A stretch of DNA of 64,000 nucleotides from Chrysomallon squamiferum (taxonomy: Eukaryota > Animalia > Mollusca). A program made the position numbers and the translations under genes. The DNA lies in the NCBI GenBank assembly GCA_012295275.1, contig CM022665.1, positions 37,820,001 through 37,884,000 on the forward strand. Reading direction: 5' to 3'. Under the pieces are notes generated by a model. The model saw nothing but the letters and a program-made list of their open reading frames with translations. It did no database searches and had not been told where the DNA came from. Of the stretch, positions 13,065 to 26,033 are shown in pieces. The stretch's first letter is position 1; every line of letters begins with the position of its first letter.

Positions 13065-14297
13065 AATAAAATAAAATAAATAAATAAATAAAATATAACA
13101 GAAGAAAAAACATCCCCACCCCAAAAACACAAAACAATATTGCATTTTGTTTCTTTCTCTTTTCTTAAAAACCGATTTCAATATCGCTTTCTGACAATAC
13201 AACATCAACGGCATTTGTATTATTTTGCCACTCCTCGGCTACCAATGTCTCAACAGATTCCTCAGATTCAGTATCGTCATCCTCCTCATCATGGACTTTC
13301 CTGCCTGGCCAGGAGGGCAACGCACGCCAGCATCGCCGCAGTATTTGCGCGTCCTTCTCCACTGCAGAATAAAAAGATTAATGCAGTGTATATCACACCT
13401 TTTCAAATTAACGTGCAATAATCTGATTACTTTCAGAAGGTATCAGATTTACCATGTGAAGGATAGCATGCCGAATGTAGCGAGGGTTTGCCGAGCTGTA
13501 TTCGCCAGATAAATCTGATATCTTAACACAGTAACCAGTTATCTCTTTTATCCTGCGATCTTAAATGATACCAAAACTAGACGAAACTGACCGTTTCATT
13601 TATTAACTCGCCGCTTTTAAAATGAAATACCATTTGTAAAGATGTAAAGGCATCAGTTAAACACTAATGAAGTAACCTTTAAAAATAAACACACTTAAAT
13701 AATAAGTAATTTATCGAAATAAATGTAGGTCGGTACCAAAAAGCCCAGTGCCCGAAGATAAAAAAAACTTTATTTTATCATCATATCTTGTCACCATTTA
13801 TAGTGATTGTTGGATAAAATTGTTTATATCTACAGAATTTATTTATTAATTAATGAAAATAACTCTGAAAAATAAATAGCGCCAAATTCTAAAGATGTCG
13901 CTTAAGAGGAAATAAAAATTTGAGTATATAATTGCTTACATAAATAAATATAAATAAACAACTAAAGTTAAGTCGACTTTTGTTACAGAAATAATGAAAT
14001 TAACTGTTTTATGACAAATATTAAAGAGAACTCATTTTCTTTTCATTACTATTTAATGCATCAGTTTTTATTTTATATATATAAATAATATGATTAGTAG
14101 AAAATAGAAAATATCGATATTTACGGTTAATTGCAATGAAGAGACCGAAAAGTACCAAGATGGTCAAGGTGAAATCCTGACAGCCTGAGAAAATAAAAAA
14201 ATAATAATAAAAATAATAAATTAAATAAATAATAAAGTAAAATAAATACGTCAAAAATAAAGTAAAATAAAATTTTAAAAAGTATTTGATATAAATG

Positions 14298-14423
<126 letters not shown>

Positions 14424-15840
14424 GTGTACATACCACTCAATATTTGGAAGGTATTCATATTATACATATAATGTGTTGGTATAATACTTCAGACGTGTTC
14501 AGTGAGTGCTATGAAAGATAATAAATATTAATATTAATTGCTAGATAGAATAACAAACAAAGTATCCTGAAATAAACATTTATTATTATAGTTATAAATG
14601 TACTACATATTTGTTTTGTCACACGTTTTTGTGTTTGATGTTGCAAATAGATATTGTTGTCAAAGTACATAACACATGTATACATAACTTGCTTATTCGT
14701 TTTACCTCCAAGTACATTTTATAATATTAAATAAGAGTATGTTATTAAAATGTTAAAACTGTTTATCATTGACTGATTATTCCCACGCCATAAGAAATTA
14801 AAAGAATTAAAATAAAAAATTAAAATCATCAATTAAGATATATTAAAATATAATAATTAAATCAAAAGCTAGAAAAAAAAAAATCAAAAACAGTAATCGA
14901 TACTACAACTTGTACTTACCTTTTATAATAAAAAACTAAATATAAAAAGAAGAGTAAAATTTTAATTGTAAGATAAATAATAATAATAAATATGCGTGTA
15001 AACTTAGAAAAAAGCTACTATACTTAGAAAAACTACAAGAAATTGGAGCAGATCAAAATGAAGCCAATTGCCAATTTTTGTTAATAAGAGACTGACGTAT
15101 GTTGACATAGCAACGGCGAAAGGTGACGGAGACGGGCGGGAATAAACAACTTTTCGAAAATGTGTGGCGTTATTTTTACTGTTTTATTTTCATTTTATTC
15201 CATTATTATATTATTTATATATTATTATATATATAATATTTAACGGAATTCTGGTTTACTGTTATAATATTCGTGAAAATTAAAATGCATTAAATAAGTT
15301 AGCAAATACTCTCAATTAGTTGAGATACATGTACATGCATATAATCTCGAAATAAAATAATAATAAAATAACTATAAACAAAGAAAAAAAAATCAGAAAT
15401 GCTTAACTAAATGCAATGGAATATTGAAATAATTTATATCATTCTCGATGGCGAAATATAATCCAACATAAATCACAACATTTGTGACAATAGGGACATT
15501 TGTAAATGCTCATTAATAACCGGATTTTTACTTCGTTTTACAATCGTTTCTTCACAATAAGTATAATACTGTTTACATTGTTCATATTGTTCTTTTTGTT
15601 CTTGCCCATAATCATTAAGATCGTATGATGATTAATAATGTCAAAAAAAAAAATAAAAAATAAATTAATTAAAAAAAAAAAATAAGAGAAAAAAAAAAAA
15701 AAAAAAAAATTTCATAATGGTAATGACAGCAGAAGTTTTAAAATGATCATGCGTTTTCACTGAACCATAGACTTAGGGCCACGTGACAATGATGGAACTT
15801 AATACAGCAGAGTCGGCGGAGACTCAGCGTCTGTCTACTG

Positions 15841-17078
15841 CAGTGGTTCTCAGCGGGTGCGCCCGGAGACGTATTTAGCTGTGCCCCACGAAATTCTAGG
15901 ATCTAGGTAGATATTTGCGATGATAAAAAAATTGATTATATTAAGAGCGGAAAGATATCCAGTAAGAAATAGCTGGTTACCCGGAAGAAAATGTTATACA
16001 CGTTGTAAACTCGTGATGAGCTGATCAGCTAGCGCGGCTGCTGAAGGCTGCACAGTAGTTTACCAGTGACAGTATGAGTGATAGGGTGATAAATAGCCAA
16101 AGTTTTCTTGTGACACATATTCCTATCACTGTCACAGTCACTACCATCTAAAACTTTAAAACTTTATGGAATTTTAGCCTATTATAGTGTTACATTTGTT
16201 AAAAGCAAACGATTGATAAAAGTTTTCCCTCACTGCAGAATGCACACCATTAAAAATATAGCCTTTGAACAGTTTTTTGACATTTTAACAGTCCATTGCT
16301 TTGTATTTCATATTATAATATTTTTGAAGAAATTGCCAAGACAGGCTCATACTTCTCATCAGCACGAAATAGATGATGAATAAAGGTATATACTCACACA
16401 AAGGCAGTAACTCTAAATATATCAGTGAACATCTCTCACACAAGGGCGGTAACTCTAAATATACCGGTGAACATCTCTCACACAAGGGCGGTAACTCTAA
16501 ATATACCTGTGAACATCTCTCACAGAAAGGCGGTACTCTAAATAAATCAGTGAACATCTCACACAAGGGCGGTAACTCTAAATATATCAGTGAACATCTC
16601 TCACACAAGGGCGGTAACTCTAAATATATCAGTGAACATCTCTCATACAAGGGCGGTAACTATAAATATACCGGTGAACATCTCTCACACAAGGGCGGTA
16701 ACTCTAAATATACCGGTGAACATCTCTCACATAAGGGCGGTAACTCTAAATATATCAGTGAACATCTCTCACACAAGGGCGATAACTCTAAATATATCAG
16801 TGAACATCTCTCACAGAAGAAAAACAAACGGTACAGATTCCAGACGAGAACCGTCCATACACGAAATGATGAAGAATCTGACATAAGTATAGACAACGAG
16901 GATAGACAACCTCAGCAGCCTGCTCCACAACCGATTCAGCCGCAATATCCGTCTTTCAGTTATTTCTGTATTTTTTTGCATTTTGTATCATAGTTCTTAG
17001 CATTTTGTGTGTAGTGTGCCCGTAGTTTTTTGTAAGGATTCGAGTGTTCCCCGACTTCAAAAAGTTTGAGAACCACTG
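15841..17078 (+). mobile_element. hAT (Charlie-like) non-autonomous element, family B, full length, with internal 42-bp minisatellite
   Basis: TIRs CAGTGGTTCTCA / TGAGAACCACTG. Colinear with 58442-59283. Right flank GACTAGAA fits the Charlie-type NNCTAGAN target preference. No transposase motifs seen. Confidence 0.9.
16392..16815. repeat. 42-bp minisatellite, about 10 copies
   Basis: Unit AAGGGCGGTAACTCTAAATATATCAGTGAACATCTCTCACAC repeated head-to-tail with no spacers. Confidence 0.95.
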
Positions 17079-18484
17079 GACTAGAATTTCAGCCCCCAAA
17101 GCTGGTTATAATAATAAATTGCATAAACTACATCAAAACAAAAAGGGGGAACAAAAAATAGAAAACACTGATTAGTTCAGTCAAAATGTAGTGTAACCAT
17201 TCCATTTTGTTCAACTGTTGATTAAATTGGTTTCCCAATCTAACCACTAATGATAATAAAAATAATTGCAGACGCATATACCCCAACATATATTATAAAT
17301 GTATGTCGATCGAATAGGTTTAAAAGGTGGAGATAACTCTAAATTTAAAATTAAAAAATAAAAATAAAAATGGAATCGTCCAGGAAGGTACACCCATATA
17401 AGTATTATAGAAATCATTTAAAATTATTAAGGAATACTTCTGCCTATAAATGTCCACAGCCGATTTTAAAAAACTATGCCATTTCCAGATTGTTATATAT
17501 TTAACCATATCGAATTTGAACCCAATCAGTTCTTATAAATTATGTTCAGTTCAGGACCTTCATAAGTCATGTTTTTATTTTAATTCAATTTAATACTTAA
17601 TTACTACGACCTTGCGATTACCCCTTTTTATGTTTGTCAAAAGACATGGCATTTTTAATGCTTAGTACTCGTACTCTATACCAGTTGCAGGTGGACAGTC
17701 GCTTTCACTGTACAAGTTCTTTAAAATAAATTTAAAAAAAAAAAAAAAAAAAATACAAAAAAGCAGCATTAAAATGTGTTAGTTAATTTTCCATATAATT
17801 CCTTATAACCTGTTTAAACGTTTTATACCTAGTCACTATGGTTACGGTACTAATTAATAATGAATTATTTTTTTTTTTTAGAACTGGATGTATGCTACTT
17901 TTTGATTACAGTTTTTTATTTGACATCCTTAAGATTCAGTCAAGGAATTACACACCTGAACGTATTGTTAAATAAGTACAATATTAATCAACTGAAAATT
18001 ATTCACATTTTACAGATCCAGAATAGTGCAACTTTGAATCTGCAAGTTAGCTGTCATACTTGTAATGATAATGTTTTTTCTTTGCTGTTGAAAAACACAT
18101 TCTTAATAAATGTATTCAAATTAAGCCAACACCTGTTTGTAAAATACCTTTCTTATAGTAAATGTTTTCTTCTCCCCCCCAATTAGATCATCAGGACAAC
18201 TGCTAATATGCATCTTCAATTATTTTATGTATGCTTTAATCTCAGAACATTTACTATTCATTAGAAAATGTTTGCTTGATAGTGATCATAGTCAAAATAT
18301 TTTACCATGATAAAATTTCTCATTAATGGGTGCTTGTTTATTTTTATTTGTTTATTTATTTATTATTTATTTATTTTTTATTTTTTTATTGCATAAATTA
18401 ATAAGTATCTGTCAATTGATGAATTTGATTCCCATTTGTTAAAGCAATGTAACAGAACATTTTAAACTTTTTTATTTATTTTAG

Positions 18485-21400
18485 AATTCTGATGATACAG
18501 AAGAATACTGGACAACATCATCAGTAAAAAAAGCATCACGGCGGAACATTTTTGATGATGATGTACGATGCTATTTCAGAATAATTTTATTGTTACAGTA
18601 ATACTCCTAATCACGTTCCATTTATTATTTTTAATTAATTCTATTTAATTCTATTTAATTCTGTTTAATTCTATTTAATTTAATTTAATTTTATTTTAAT
18701 ATTAATATTTTTGTTTTGCTTATTTTTATTTTATGTTTTTATTCAAAAGTGTTAATTTTTTATTTATTCATTTATTTTTTAGGTGTAATTTTTAAAATAC
18801 ATTTTGTTAGTGTATGTTGCTCATTACCTGATGATAAAAGTTTGTCTAGAAGAAAATTTTGAACATTAAATTATGTCTCTTTACTTGATTTTAAAAAAGA
18901 AAATAATGTAATTTTATTATTTATTTGTTTGTATAGCAATTTGTTTGGTTTAATTTTGTTAGTATCATGTTTTAAATAGTTTAATTATTTTATTTTATTT
19001 AGGTCAGCTTTGAAGATGCTAAACGTAACATTTTGGCCAACCCAGTGGGTGAAGACGATGAAGATGATCTTGAAGTTGTTAACTGGGATGACACTCCAGT
19101 TGTCAAATACAGTTAGTGCATTTAATAGACTATCAAAGTATGTCGTAAAAATAAGTATATTTAATTTTAACAAACTATTCGGATAGAATGTATTATTATA
19201 TAAAGTGAATTTGTACATTTTAATTTATAATATTTTTCATTTTTTTAAATCAGTTGTTACTAAGATAATTTCATTTCAGCATTACCTGATTGATAATCTT
19301 TTTTATTTTGTGTATTAAATAAAAGTAATTGCATATCACTTTCAGAAATGTGTATTGTTAACTACATCATTAAAACATTTAATTTTTTTTAGATACCAAA
19401 ACCTCTTCACAGAAACCTGCCCCTCCTGACCTCTCTGACCTTGCCATTCCTTTCACCTCCCCTGCATCCAGAGCACAGTCCATCACCGGATTTCAAACCC
19501 CAGATTATATGAGCCATAACCGTTCACAAAGTTTAGGTAAAATAGGTAAGAGCTGACAGCTATTAAAATATTCAGCACTGTAACACTGCATCAGAGAAAA
19601 TTATCCAAATTTAAAAAATTTGGTATTTAACAAATTTTATCTTTAAAAAAGGAGGAAAAAAAAAAAAAAAAAAAAAAAAAAATGGAACAAACAAGAAGAA
19701 AGAAACGTTGTTTAAACTGTTTACAGGATGTTCCAAAAAAACAGGTAATTATTTAATAATGCTAGTGATACTGTCAGAAAAAGTAAGTAAACAAGTAAAT
19801 ATATGTACAGAGTTATTACACCATATACCAGAGCATGAATTATATCAGCACGAAAATCATAAAGTATCTTATTTCTTTTTTGTAATTTCTTTTTCACTGA
19901 ATATTTCCAATAAAAGTTCATCATTACTTTTGGCTAGAAATAGGTCCATTTTGAGAATCCTCTGCACTGCTATTTTTGTATGTTTTCACTTTTTAAAAAT
20001 TTATTTAGGAAACAAGTCAACAATAGGAGACAGTTTTTCTCATACACCAATACATAAAGGATTCAGTGATCCTAGCATTGAAGATGGTAAGATACATTTT
20101 TTTTTAAAAAGAAAGAAAAAAAGAAGATTAGATCAAATATAAATTTTTGGGTGATTTGGGAATATGTATTTTTTGAGGGCTTTTAAAAAGTAATTATAAA
20201 TTAATTAATGTTGGTGAGGCTAACATAAATGGATTTTTGTTAGTAGGGTTATATTTCATTTTATTCTATTTTCATTAAATATTTAAATGACATTGAGGAT
20301 GCCACATTAATATTAAAAATTTGAGAAGAAGAAAAAATTACTCCTGTGATATTGTATATATGCGATTGTTTTTTTTTTTCCTTTGTTTATTTAAAAGTTA
20401 CCAGTAAAGTAGCTTTTTTAAAATATAATTTAAATTGCATTATATTAATATCAAAAGAAGCAGAAAGTAAAGAGATATTTATTATCTGCTACAGATTGAA
20501 TTTAAAATTATTTTTGTAGTCGTTGGACCTTTTTCTGAAAAGACAATTACTCAACGAGACATTGAGAAAATGCAAAATGAGATACAGTATCTTCGCAGAA
20601 CAGTCAAGGTAAAGAGATTTTAAAAAAAAAATGTTTTTTTTTTTTGTTTTTTTTTCAATTTTCTCTGAAACTCTTGCTACTATTTTGCTCACATATATAT
20701 ATTTTTTCAAATTTTCAAATAATATTAATTTTTAATATAATATTTTAATAATCATTTGTTTAGTGCTACTATTTCAAATTACTTTTGGCTGTGACTTTGT
20801 TATTTTTGGTTGCTGTTTTTTAAGAATATTATGAGCAAATACTAACTATGTTACAAATTAGATTTCAGGAAAAACGATATAATTATGTTAACAAATTTTT
20901 TCCTTTAAAGAGTTTCAAGCGAGGTCACCAAGAAAAAATTCCTGTTGAAGATACAATTCAGAGAATGGTCAGAGGAGAGGTCACTGATTTCTGTTCTCAA
21001 ATTTTATAAAAAGCATTAATATGATGAACGTTTAGGAATAATTTATTATGTATTTTTGAGAATATTCTTAAAATTATTATTATTTTTTTTTTTTTTGGAC
21101 ACATTTTTCATGCAATATTTCAGTAACTTGATTAATATAATTTATTTTAATTCATAAATAATGTTATTGTTAATTCAGACTTTTAGAAATAATGAAATGA
21201 CTTGGCATGTTTGTATTTCTTATTCAGGCATATACATTTGAAGTCTACAGATCAAAAGATGACAAATTGGCTTTGTTGGATAAAGCTATAGAATATCATG
21301 ATGGAAATACCATTATAGCAGTAAATATTTTTTATCACTGATTTGTTTAAATAATAACTAGGTTTGTACATGAATTAATATGACTTCAGATTTGTTTTAT

Positions 21401-24400
21401 AATATAAATTATTTATGAATAATGTTTTTTGATACTACTATATTTGCCAGCTAAATTTAATATTTAATAGTCTAAAATATATAGTTAGTGATAAATAATT
21501 ATAGACATAAAATTTATCCGTTTTTCATTTTTTGCTTTTTTTGGATTTTGATTATTATTATTATTATGGGAAAATGTATTTCATTCTTGAAAGTTGTATG
21601 TCAGTGTCTGATGAATAGTTTCATAATTCAGTTGGGGACTTTTTGTTTTGTATTTTGCAGGCAACATTATTTCTAAAGAATACTGTAAAGTCAACCATAT
21701 TTAACTTGGAGTTGACTCGCAGGCCAGTAGCAGTTAGTCATTACTTGTCCTACCTACGAAATCACTTCAATTATGTGGAACTGTCCAATGTTTTAGGGTA
21801 TGTATATATTATCAAATTATGTGGCTTTCGTTAATATGTCACTTTAATTGTTATGGTAAAGTGATTTTGGATATTTTATTAAAATTGTGTAAATACATTA
21901 TTTCTGTATGATTATTTGAGATAACTTTATTATTATTTTTTTTTAAATTCTGTTTATTTTTTAAAAATTTTCAGACTTTTGGGTAGAAATGAAGAGGCAG
22001 CTGTGAGTGTGTATCTGATTATTCTTTTTAAAAAAAGCTATTCGAAGTACTTCAATAATTAATTATAGTCATTTTTGTTAAAATAACAATAGATAGGTAT
22101 TTAGAACTTTTAATCAAATCTATGTGTATTTACATATCTACAGATAGCATTAATTTTTCATTTTACATCTGTATTCAGAAAATTCCATTTGATCAATATG
22201 TTCTTTGATCCTTTTTTTAAAATGATGATTATATTTTTATATAATGAGAAATTAACATTTTTCAGAAATATGTTTAGATATGTGTAGTTTTAGACTTGCC
22301 TCCACCTGGTATTAAGTTTAAAGAAAGAAAACAAAATATTTGAAGTTCAGTTACTTGGTATTATTTTAGATGCTGAGCTATAAGACATCTTCATCTTCCA
22401 AAGATCCCACACTTAAACTGTCAGCTTTGAAGAGTTGTCACAGGTAATATTGTAAATGTTTTAAACATTGCTTTGTTAGAGCTTGTTTTAACTATATATT
22501 TATATGGGACAAATACTAATTATCTGTAGCAACCACCTTCTTTTATAAACTATAAAATAAAATCATGTCACTGTTATATATAAGATTTTGTTGTCTTTCT
22601 CATTCACAGAAAAACAATAAGGTAACATCAGTTTAAAAAGTATTGTTTTGTGGGGTTTTTTAAAATATCTTCTTAGAATGAATCTTCATAGTCATGGTTA
22701 ATGGTGTTTGTATTTGTTGATTATAGTAGAAACTTAACATTGATCTTGGCATTGGAATCAATATTTCTTTTTAAAAATGATTTGTGCTTAACTTGTCTGA
22801 TTTAATCATGAATGTGAAAAACAGAATCAGTGTAGTGCAGGTTTCTAACTTGATTTTTTTTTAGTCAGGGCACATTTTAGCACAGATGCCTCATTAACAC
22901 ATGAAGCAAGTCTAGTTCAGCAGCACATTAGTCTTCTAGAAAGACAAAAACCAATTGAGGTATTTTTTTAAATTTTAATCATATACAGCTCAGTTACTCA
23001 GATATCCTTATTTTATATTCTTAATTTGATATATGTGCAGATATAAATAACTTTCTTTTTGTTTGCATTATTATTATTATTATTTTTTTTTTATCAGTTT
23101 ATAATTTCTGCTTTATTATTAATTTGTTTAATACTACTTTTATTTTGGACTACACAATTAACTATACTCTCATTTGATGTTAATATAACTGGTCAAAATT
23201 ATTTCTATGATTTTACAAATAAACATAACACATAATTTTATACTTGTATTTATACATATCAGTTGCTGGATTGTCCTCAGATTAACAGATTTACAGTTTT
23301 TAAACTATTAATAGGTTTGTCAAAGAGAAATAATGGACTTGTTATTTTGCTTTCTTTCTTTGGTTTAGTCTCTTGAGTCTTAACTCATAATTTTAACCAA
23401 CATAAGTTAATATTAAAAGTTAAAAGTTAATATTAAAAAAATCATAACAAAGATAATATTTGTTTACCATTTCATTTATTTCCAGGAAGAAGATGCAAGG
23501 TTGGAAGCAGAAGGCAAGACTCAAGTTTTCAAAGACATTCCAAGAAAATCCTCTTTAATAAATATGTCTGTGATTACAACATTATACTACTGCTGTCTTT
23601 ATCATTATGAAGCAGGGGAAGTGAGTGTCATGTATGATTATATTCCTACACTAAAATACATATAGATATATAGATGGAAAGATAGATATTTATTTATGAT
23701 TCTTTGAATAGTGACTTAAATAATTTAATAATGTTATTGCTTAATTATGTAGCTCCTTCTTTTATGCATCAGCAATGTTTATTAAACATTTTTAATAGGT
23801 TTCTTTAATCTTTGTTTATTAAGTTTGCCATATAATAATTCATTGATTGGACTCATGTATTTAACACTTTATATCTTCTGTCTTTCAGAATTCTTTATCA
23901 AGTCCAGTTGCTCTTCAGAAAGCTCATCAGGTAATGTTTTTTTAATAAGAAAAATAATAATATTTATATAATAAATAATAATAATGCATTAATAATTATA
24001 AATTAAATACCATTTCAAAGAATGCTTGTTAAAATAATTTTCCCGTTAGAAATGACTAGATATTTTTCCTTGACCTCAAATTTTGTATTAGATTTAAATT
24101 ATAATTTGTAGAATTAAGACTATTTTAATTTTTAAAAAAAAGTAATAAATAATTGTTACTTCCATTTAGACATCAGTATTTCTATAAAAACAACTTTTAA
24201 GTGGTGGAGTCAGATTCAGTCCAGGTGAAACTAAATTATATTAATACAGACTGTGTCTAAATGTCAAAAACATTTATTTATTGAATGGGAAATAAAATAT
24301 AATTTGTTTTTTTTCAGTTGTCAGACAAGCAATATTTGTGGATTGCCATAGCAGCAAGAGGTCGTATGCACAGATGGAAAGATATTGAAACATTACTCAC

Positions 24401-26033
24401 AGCTAAAGTAAGAAATAAATATTTAAAACAATCTTAATTTATTATGTTATGGATCCTATTTGTATTTTTTTCGTATAAATAATAAATTCTTGGTTTAGAA
24501 AAAAAGAAAAAATAGGAAATGTAAAAAGGAAACATTTTTTTTTATTATTATTAACATTATCCCCATTTGTTAACACAAAAAAAAATCCAAAAATTTCTCT
24601 TATGTCATTATTATTTTTAAATGAATACATTTTTAGAATTTTTATCACTGTGTGTTATTTATTTTATAATTATAATAATATAGGGCTGGTTTGGTGGAAC
24701 AAAAATGAAAGCTGTGATAGGTTTTGACAAAGTATGTGAAATTCTACACAAAGTCAACTCACCACCTGATGTAAGCAGAATGCTTATTTTAATTTACACA
24801 TAACTTGAATCATTTTACTGTTTTTGTTTTTATTGTTAATTATTGTTACTTGTGCAGGTATCATAAGCAAGTTGTTGTTGTTACCATTATTATTTATTTA
24901 TATTTTTTATTTTTATTTTTATTAATTATCATATTTTCAAATGATTATTGTTAGTATTTCAGCTTACAGTTACTTGATAAATATGCAAATGATTTAATTT
25001 TAAATTGTATTGTCCGTTTGAATATAGATTTTTTTTTTACAGATACTAGCAAAGTACCTGGCATTAATAGATGATAATGAAAGAAGACTTGTAGTTGCCA
25101 AAAAAATTAACTGTCCAAAAGGAATTATTGAGGTTTGTAAAATATATTTATTTTTTAACTCCATTTTTCCTTTGTTTTTTTTGTATTGTTTATCTAAAAC
25201 AATCCCTGATAGACTGAGCATAGTTCACGATTTCAGTGTTATTTTAACATTTCTATATTCAAAATGATATAAAAAAAGGTAATAAAATGGCAGGCTATGT
25301 GTATTTCATCTGATTTATATTGTCAAACTTTATTATTAGCAAAGGCTGGTGTCTGTGAATAAATATATGGACATACATGAAATTTATTTAGGTTATTTAT
25401 TCATATTGCTACAGGTATGTAGCAGTGTCAAAAATCAATCAGTTGTGGATTTTTTTGTTTTCATTGATAATTTTCAAATGGTAGTGATATACATTATAAA
25501 TATTGTATTGGGTTTTATTTTTATGCTTTTGTTTTTTCATTCAAAGTCATATATTGCCTTAAAAGACAGAAGTGAACTGGAAGCTTATGCTTCCAAGCTA
25601 CCATCAAGATCTCAGGAAAGTCTTTATGCATCAGATGTCCTCCGAAGTTCAGTGAGTAATTTTAAGTTTACATTTTATTAACTTTAATAACTATAAACAT
25701 TCTTTAGATAGCTGTTTTTTGCGATTTTTGTTATAATACACAGACAGATAGACACACCACACACACACTCACAATTATTTGGCATTAAATATTATATTTG
25801 AAATATTCTTTACTTTCTTTCCAAAAAAAAACAACAGATGGCAATAATTTTGGGTTATTGTTGAAATTTAAAAACAAAATTCTTAATTTCTTATTTCTTC
25901 TTCTTATTATTTTGTTATTTATATTTTTATTTTTTTGTTATTATTTAAATAATAATACATTTCATTGCTGTATTACTTACTTCAATTAAATTAATTTATT
26001 TATTTACTTTTACAGACAATCAAATGGAAATAA
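18485..26033 (+). CDS. VIPAS39: VPS33B-interacting protein / spermatogenesis-defective protein 39 homolog (VIPAR); start-codon exon not resolved
   Basis: Phase-consistent exons: 18485-18562, 19003-19111, 19393-19536/19545, 20009-20086, 20520-20608, 20911-20979, 21228-21320, 21661-21797, 21975-22002, 22370-22443, 22869-22959, 23486-23620, 23889-23930, 24318-24407, 24684-24770, 25043-25132, 25547-25651, 26016-26033. Peptides EEYWTTS, YRSKDDKLALLDKAIEYHDGNTIIA, LLERQKPIE, PRKSSLINMSVITTLYYCCLYHYE, GWFGGTKMKAVIGFDKV and terminal IKWK* follow the recalled human VIPAS39 in order. Confidence 0.93.

Noticed and set aside
16392-16815. CRISPR-like regular repeat array (also 58822-59051)
   Set aside because: The units are contiguous with no unique spacers, there are no cas genes, the context is eukaryotic, and the array lies inside a MITE.
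16285-16993. Repetitive ORFs on both strands (206, 121, 98 and 78 aa) as real genes or zinc-finger/LRR proteins
   Set aside because: They are a by-product of a stop-poor 42-bp unit; the frame is not preserved in the second element copy.
17646-17846. Candidate VIPAS39 start exons (ATG at 17646 or ~17838)
   Set aside because: Donors are weak and there is no homology to choose between them; left unresolved.
23002-23010. ATATCCTT, a U12-type 5' splice-site lookalike in VIPAS39
   Set aside because: The GT donor at 22960 already yields the homologous protein with no insertion.
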